Of a DNA stretch of 64,000 nt, positions 60,288-64,000 are shown piece by piece. Source of the DNA: a bacterium (GTDB lineage Bacteria; Margulisbacteria; Marinamargulisbacteria; SXXA01). Under the pieces are notes generated by a model that did no database searches, was not told where the DNA came from, and saw only the letters and a program-made list of their open reading frames with translations. The stretch's first letter is position 1. Each line of letters begins with the position of its first letter. Location: NCBI GenBank assembly GCA_947465765.1, contig CANIAP010000003.1, forward strand, positions 39,393 to 103,392, written 5' to 3'. Position numbers and translations under genes: made by a program.

Positions 60288-61469
60288 TTATTCCTCAGGG
60301 TATACATAGGTCCCTACAAACAAGTATAGGCCGCTAATCGTATCACGAAGCGCATATAAAAAGGGCCGTGTCAGAATGAGCGACCCAGGGGATGGTTTTT
60401 TGGCGACGGCGGTAACGCCCAATACGACGCCCGTGACGGCGGCTGCCCGGGTGCCGGTTTCATCGATCGAAATCACTACTTGTTGTAATAGGTCTGATAA
60501 TCGGACGTTGGGGCCAATCGCTGAAAAGTCGGCTCGGGGTGAAAATAGGCTTTGGAATCCATTGTCAGAGAGGCCCTGGCGGAGGCCTGTTTTAGCAGTG
60601 AGCTTGAATTTGGGCATCACGAGGGTAACCTGTGTCTCGTTAAATGACTCCGGGGGTGAGGTGGTTATCCATTCCCATGGCAAATGCTTCGGGTTCCATT
60701 TTCGGGGGGAAACGATCACCAATTCAAACCGTCCTTCACCGTATGGCAAAACGATGGCTTGAGTATCCCGGGTCTCGGCAAATTGGAAATGGCCATTTTG
60801 AATCATAAATTGAGTTTGTTTAGGGGGAAGTCCGGGTGAAATGAACAATCGAGTGTCACTGTGCTTCGGGTTAAATGGGAATTGCCAGTCTCCCTTAAAA
60901 TACAGGGTATTGAGCACCAATAAGGAAGTGGACGGATCGATGTTCGGAGGGAAATTACGGATCAGTTGATTTGTTTTGGAGGACACCCATTTTTGGATTG
61001 TAGGTAATGCGTCGGTTGATCGAAAGTTGATGCGTTGGACGTCGGTATCAAAAAATTCGGTATTGTATTTAATGAAGGCGTCCAACGGGTGGGCCTCCGT
61101 ACTGATCCACATGGAATCAAACGTTGTAAAAGTAACGTCGAAAGTGGGGTCGGTGAGTAATGAATGTAGAATCGAAAACCCGCGACCGATGTCGGATGAT
61201 TTGCGATGGGACAATCCCAATGCGGCTTGCCAGTCGGATCGGGTTTTTCCGGAAGCCCCTGACCCGATCATCCCGAGGGTTACGATGATGCTAGAGGGCG
61301 CGATAACACAGTTGGCCGTGGGATTTTGAGACGACGTTCGGGTGATTAATTTTTGTCCTAATGTATTACTATTGACGATGAGATCGTCGACTACGGCGCT
61401 GTAAATGGGCCGTCCAAGTGTTCCTATAAAAAAGAGAAAAATGCCCCAACTACAGGCTCTCAACGTCAC
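60288..61469 (-). CDS. Secreted serpin
   Basis: IAPSSI, LN..YFKG.W..PF, MPKF, hinge ETGTRAAAVT, RPF.Y..RD; N-terminal signal-like sequence. Confidence 0.93.
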   Translation of the reverse strand: MTLRACSWGIFLFFIGTLGRPIYSAVVDDLIVNSNTLGQKLITRTSSQNPTANCVIAPSSIIVTLGMIGSGASGKTRSDWQAALGLSHRKSSDIGRGFSILHSLLTDPTFDVTFTTFDSMWISTEAHPLDAFIKYNTEFFDTDVQRINFRSTDALPTIQKWVSSKTNQLIRNFPPNIDPSTSLLVLNTLYFKGDWQFPFNPKHSDTRLFISPGLPPKQTQFMIQNGHFQFAETRDTQAIVLPYGEGRFELVIVSPRKWNPKHLPWEWITTSPPESFNETQVTLVMPKFKLTAKTGLRQGLSDNGFQSLFSPRADFSAIGPNVRLSDLLQQVVISIDETGTRAAAVTGVVLGVTAVAKKPSPGSLILTRPFLYALRDTISGLYLFVGTYVYPEE

Positions 61470-62101
61470 TCGAATTTGGCCCTCTCAATGGCTCGGATTT
61501 CGTCGATTCCGTAAGTGTCCTCAAAAAATTCGATTTCAGGGATCGTCGGGAGTGCGATGAGAAATGGTTTGGCGTACTCCAATCCCATCATTCGGAGCAG
61601 CGCTTGAAGGCGTACCCGATAGTGGCTACTCGCCGTCGGCAAGGAGAAAAAGACAATGGCAAATATGGGGAAAATACTTTTCGCCAAACAGACGGTCACG
61701 TAATACACATGGTGTTCGTCGGCGCTTTGTTGCAATCGCTCAAACAGAAATTGGCTGGCGATTCCGGACTCATTTCCTGCCAACAGCGCGAGAATCGATC
61801 GCTGAATGACTTGGGGAGTATGGGGGTAAGCTGCGACGAATTCGGCCAACACGGGATCGTCGCCGTAATTCAAAATCGTTGCGGCATCAATTGCCAATTT
61901 GAGTTCGGAACCCCGTAGGGTTTTAATGAGGAAGTCGATGTCTGCCCTTGGGATGCGCCGCATTTGGGGTACTTTGACGTGGAGTAATATTAAACGGTCA
62001 GCGGGGGCGAGACTTTCCTCGTCCCCCGTTTCCATAAACGAAAAAAATCGTTCCTCGTCAGCATCGGAATTATCCAATGTGCTTGATGAGTTCCGCTTCA
62101 A
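61466..62101 (-). CDS. Hypothetical alpha-helical (HEAT-like) protein
   Basis: 211-aa ORF overlapping both neighbours; amphipathic helices. Confidence 0.6.
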   Translation of the reverse strand: MKRNSSSTLDNSDADEERFFSFMETGDEESLAPADRLILLHVKVPQMRRIPRADIDFLIKTLRGSELKLAIDAATILNYGDDPVLAEFVAAYPHTPQVIQRSILALLAGNESGIASQFLFERLQQSADEHHVYYVTVCLAKSIFPIFAIVFFSLPTASSHYRVRLQALLRMMGLEYAKPFLIALPTIPEIEFFEDTYGIDEIRAIERAKFE

Positions 62102-62393
62102 ACGCCGCTAAGGGGCGATATCCGGTAAAGCGGGCGATTTCGCTGCCGTCTTTAAACAGAATACAACACGGAATTCCGGTGATTTCGGATTCTTGGGCAG
62201 TGACTTGATTTTCGTCGGTGTCGAGTTTGACTACCTTGAGTTGAGACGAATATTTTTCTGAAATGCTTTCGATGACCGGGGCGAGCATTCGGCAGGGGCC
62301 ACACCATTCGGCCCAAAAGTCGACCAGGACGGGGCGGTCGGACTTTAATACTTCCGCGTCAAAATTTGAGTCAGTGACTGAGGTTACGCCCAT
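62070..62393 (-). CDS. trxA: Thioredoxin
   Basis: DFWAEWCGPC. Confidence 0.98.
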   Translation of the reverse strand: MGVTSVTDSNFDAEVLKSDRPVLVDFWAEWCGPCRMLAPVIESISEKYSSQLKVVKLDTDENQVTAQESEITGIPCCILFKDGSEIARFTGYRPLAAFEAELIKHIG

Positions 62394-62470
62394 ATTACAC
62401 TCCTTCTGTTACACCAAGTGGTTGCCACTCGGAGACAAAATTATACCGGGATTGGGATTGGGATGGCCAG

Positions 62471-64000
62471 CTAAAAAGTCTGCCCCAATCCAAAATGAAG
62501 AATCAGGGCCTCCCCCTTCGCGAGATCGAGTCGTAGTGGGCCCACCGGAGTATAAAATCGAATACCGACGCCATATCCGCTGACGAATCCTGACGTGGAG
62601 GTGGGCCAGCTACTGGTAAAGGCCTGGCCGGTGTCCCAAAAACACACCCCCTGTAAGGTGTCGGTCAGGTCGTATCGGTATTCTAAGTTGAGGAGGATTT
62701 CATGATTCCCGACAAAAATAGGGTATGTTTCTTTGTATCCTCGGATTGTATTGGGGCCGCCGAGATCAAATCCCTCACTTTCGAAAGTGGTGGGCGTACT
62801 GGCGTCGGGCCGAAATGAGCCCACTGTAATTCTTGCAGCAAGGATCCCTTTGGGGCCGATTTCAGTGAATCCTGCCGCGGTGCAGACGATTCGAGTAAAC
62901 GACAGGCCGCCGAGGTTGACCACTCCCAATTTGCCGCCGATTTCAAAGGTGTTGACTAAATAGATTCCGTTGCGGGGGTTAGTCGCGTTGCCAATCGTTC
63001 GGTAGTCCGTTTTAAGGCTGAGGGAACGAATCGAATAATCGTCGATCTTACTGGTGGGTTCTGGGCTTATTCTTTCTGATTTTCCGCGAACGGCGACGGT
63101 GAGTTCATCGAAAACGGGGTAAGCCAGTTCCATGGCGGCGCCGACCCGGTGATTTGCAAAGGTAATCCGGCGGGTGTTGTTCCGGTCTCGGGTGAGGAAT
63201 TCGTCCAGACGTTCGGACCACAATCCCACCGTGAATGACAGCGGGATCGCATTCATAATCCACGGTTGAGTGTATTGGCCGGTGTAGCCTTGGATATACG
63301 GTGCATTGTCCTGCCAAGCGGCTTGAATTTTGATGCTGGTTAAATCACTAGGGATTCCCAGGTGGCGAAGGTCTGTCCGAATAAATCCGGTCAGGGGTTG
63401 TTCCCCTTTTTGTTGGTAATATTCTAAACCGGCATCGAAGGAATTGGTTTTCCGGGGCTGGGTATTAAAGATGACTTTAACCCGTCGGTGGTCGAGGCTG
63501 TCTTCCAAGCGTGGGGCATCAACATCGGAAAAATACCCCATTTTGAGCATTGATTCACGGTCAACACGAAGCCGTCGGGTATTGAAGTGGCTGCCGGGGG
63601 TAGATTTGAGACTGCGAAGGACGACCGGGACTAAGTTCGCGGAGACCCCTTGAATTTCAATGCTGCTTATCTCGCCTTCCGAGACATCAATCACGATGTT
63701 TCGACTGGGAGAAAATACGATTTGGAGCACGCGAGCGAGATCATAGCCGTTGGTATGATATAAGTTTTCAATAGCCTCTTTATAGTGTTGGATCAAAACC
63801 GTGTTCATCACTTTTCCGATTGCAATCGGGGATAAGGTCGCGAGGATGTTTTGAGAAATCGCGGCGGCCCCAAAAATTTGGATTTCGTTGACGGTTGGAT
63901 ATTCCTGGAGCTTAAACGTCAGAATAAGGCGGTTTGCAGAGGTGAGGGAGGAAGTCGCTTCAACGGTCTTGAAATAGCCGGTGGTGTATAACAAGTTAAT
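62471..64000 (-). CDS. Omp85/BamA-TamA family outer-membrane protein; 5' part lies beyond the window
   Basis: POTRA-like segments, RGY motif, G.GIRF.TPVGPLRLD.A, terminal F; frame open to the edge. Confidence 0.9.
   Translation of the reverse strand: MNLLYTTGYFKTVEATSSLTSANRLILTFKLQEYPTVNEIQIFGAAAISQNILATLSPIAIGKVMNTVLIQHYKEAIENLYHTNGYDLARVLQIVFSPSRNIVIDVSEGEISSIEIQGVSANLVPVVLRSLKSTPGSHFNTRRLRVDRESMLKMGYFSDVDAPRLEDSLDHRRVKVIFNTQPRKTNSFDAGLEYYQQKGEQPLTGFIRTDLRHLGIPSDLTSIKIQAAWQDNAPYIQGYTGQYTQPWIMNAIPLSFTVGLWSERLDEFLTRDRNNTRRITFANHRVGAAMELAYPVFDELTVAVRGKSERISPEPTSKIDDYSIRSLSLKTDYRTIGNATNPRNGIYLVNTFEIGGKLGVVNLGGLSFTRIVCTAAGFTEIGPKGILAARITVGSFRPDASTPTTFESEGFDLGGPNTIRGYKETYPIFVGNHEILLNLEYRYDLTDTLQGVCFWDTGQAFTSSWPTSTSGFVSGYGVGIRFYTPVGPLRLDLAKGEALILHFGLGQTF

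Overview
Bacterial chromosomal window with no rRNA, tRNA, CRISPR array or intact transposase/integrase that I could see. It is mostly housekeeping: CIRCE-controlled groES-groEL; pyrH-frr-uppS-cdsA-dxr-dprA-pgeF; amj-ligA; a murA/udg/nadC block; a ~21 kb same-strand run rsmE-M16 peptidase-gyrB-gyrA-MoxR/Bat(vWA)-murC-murB-ddl-bioC-bioD; ftsL-ftsI-folC-fabL; trxA; and an Omp85/BamA gene cut by the window edge. The organism is a diderm with Terrabacteria-like housekeeping proteins; a Margulisbacteria-like lineage is my guess only and was not verified. The most interesting accessory signals are: (1) a 708-bp BrnT/HTH toxin-antitoxin cassette inside the last codons of pgeF, flanked by a perfect 28-bp direct repeat that duplicates the gene end, with an apparently leaderless, operator-embedded promoter; (2) a 1250-aa GlnE with N-terminal GlnD-type ACT domains whose two nucleotidyltransferase halves appear to be in reversed order; (3) a 5'-truncated TPR protein ending in a ParB/Srx-like domain; (4) a split hipA plus downstream HTH, preceded by three AGTAAA-N6-TTTAC operators; (5) a ThiS whose stop codon after the terminal Gly-Gly-Gly reads GAA, and a murB that probably starts at ATT. 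All family assignments come from motif recognition by eye; no searches were run.
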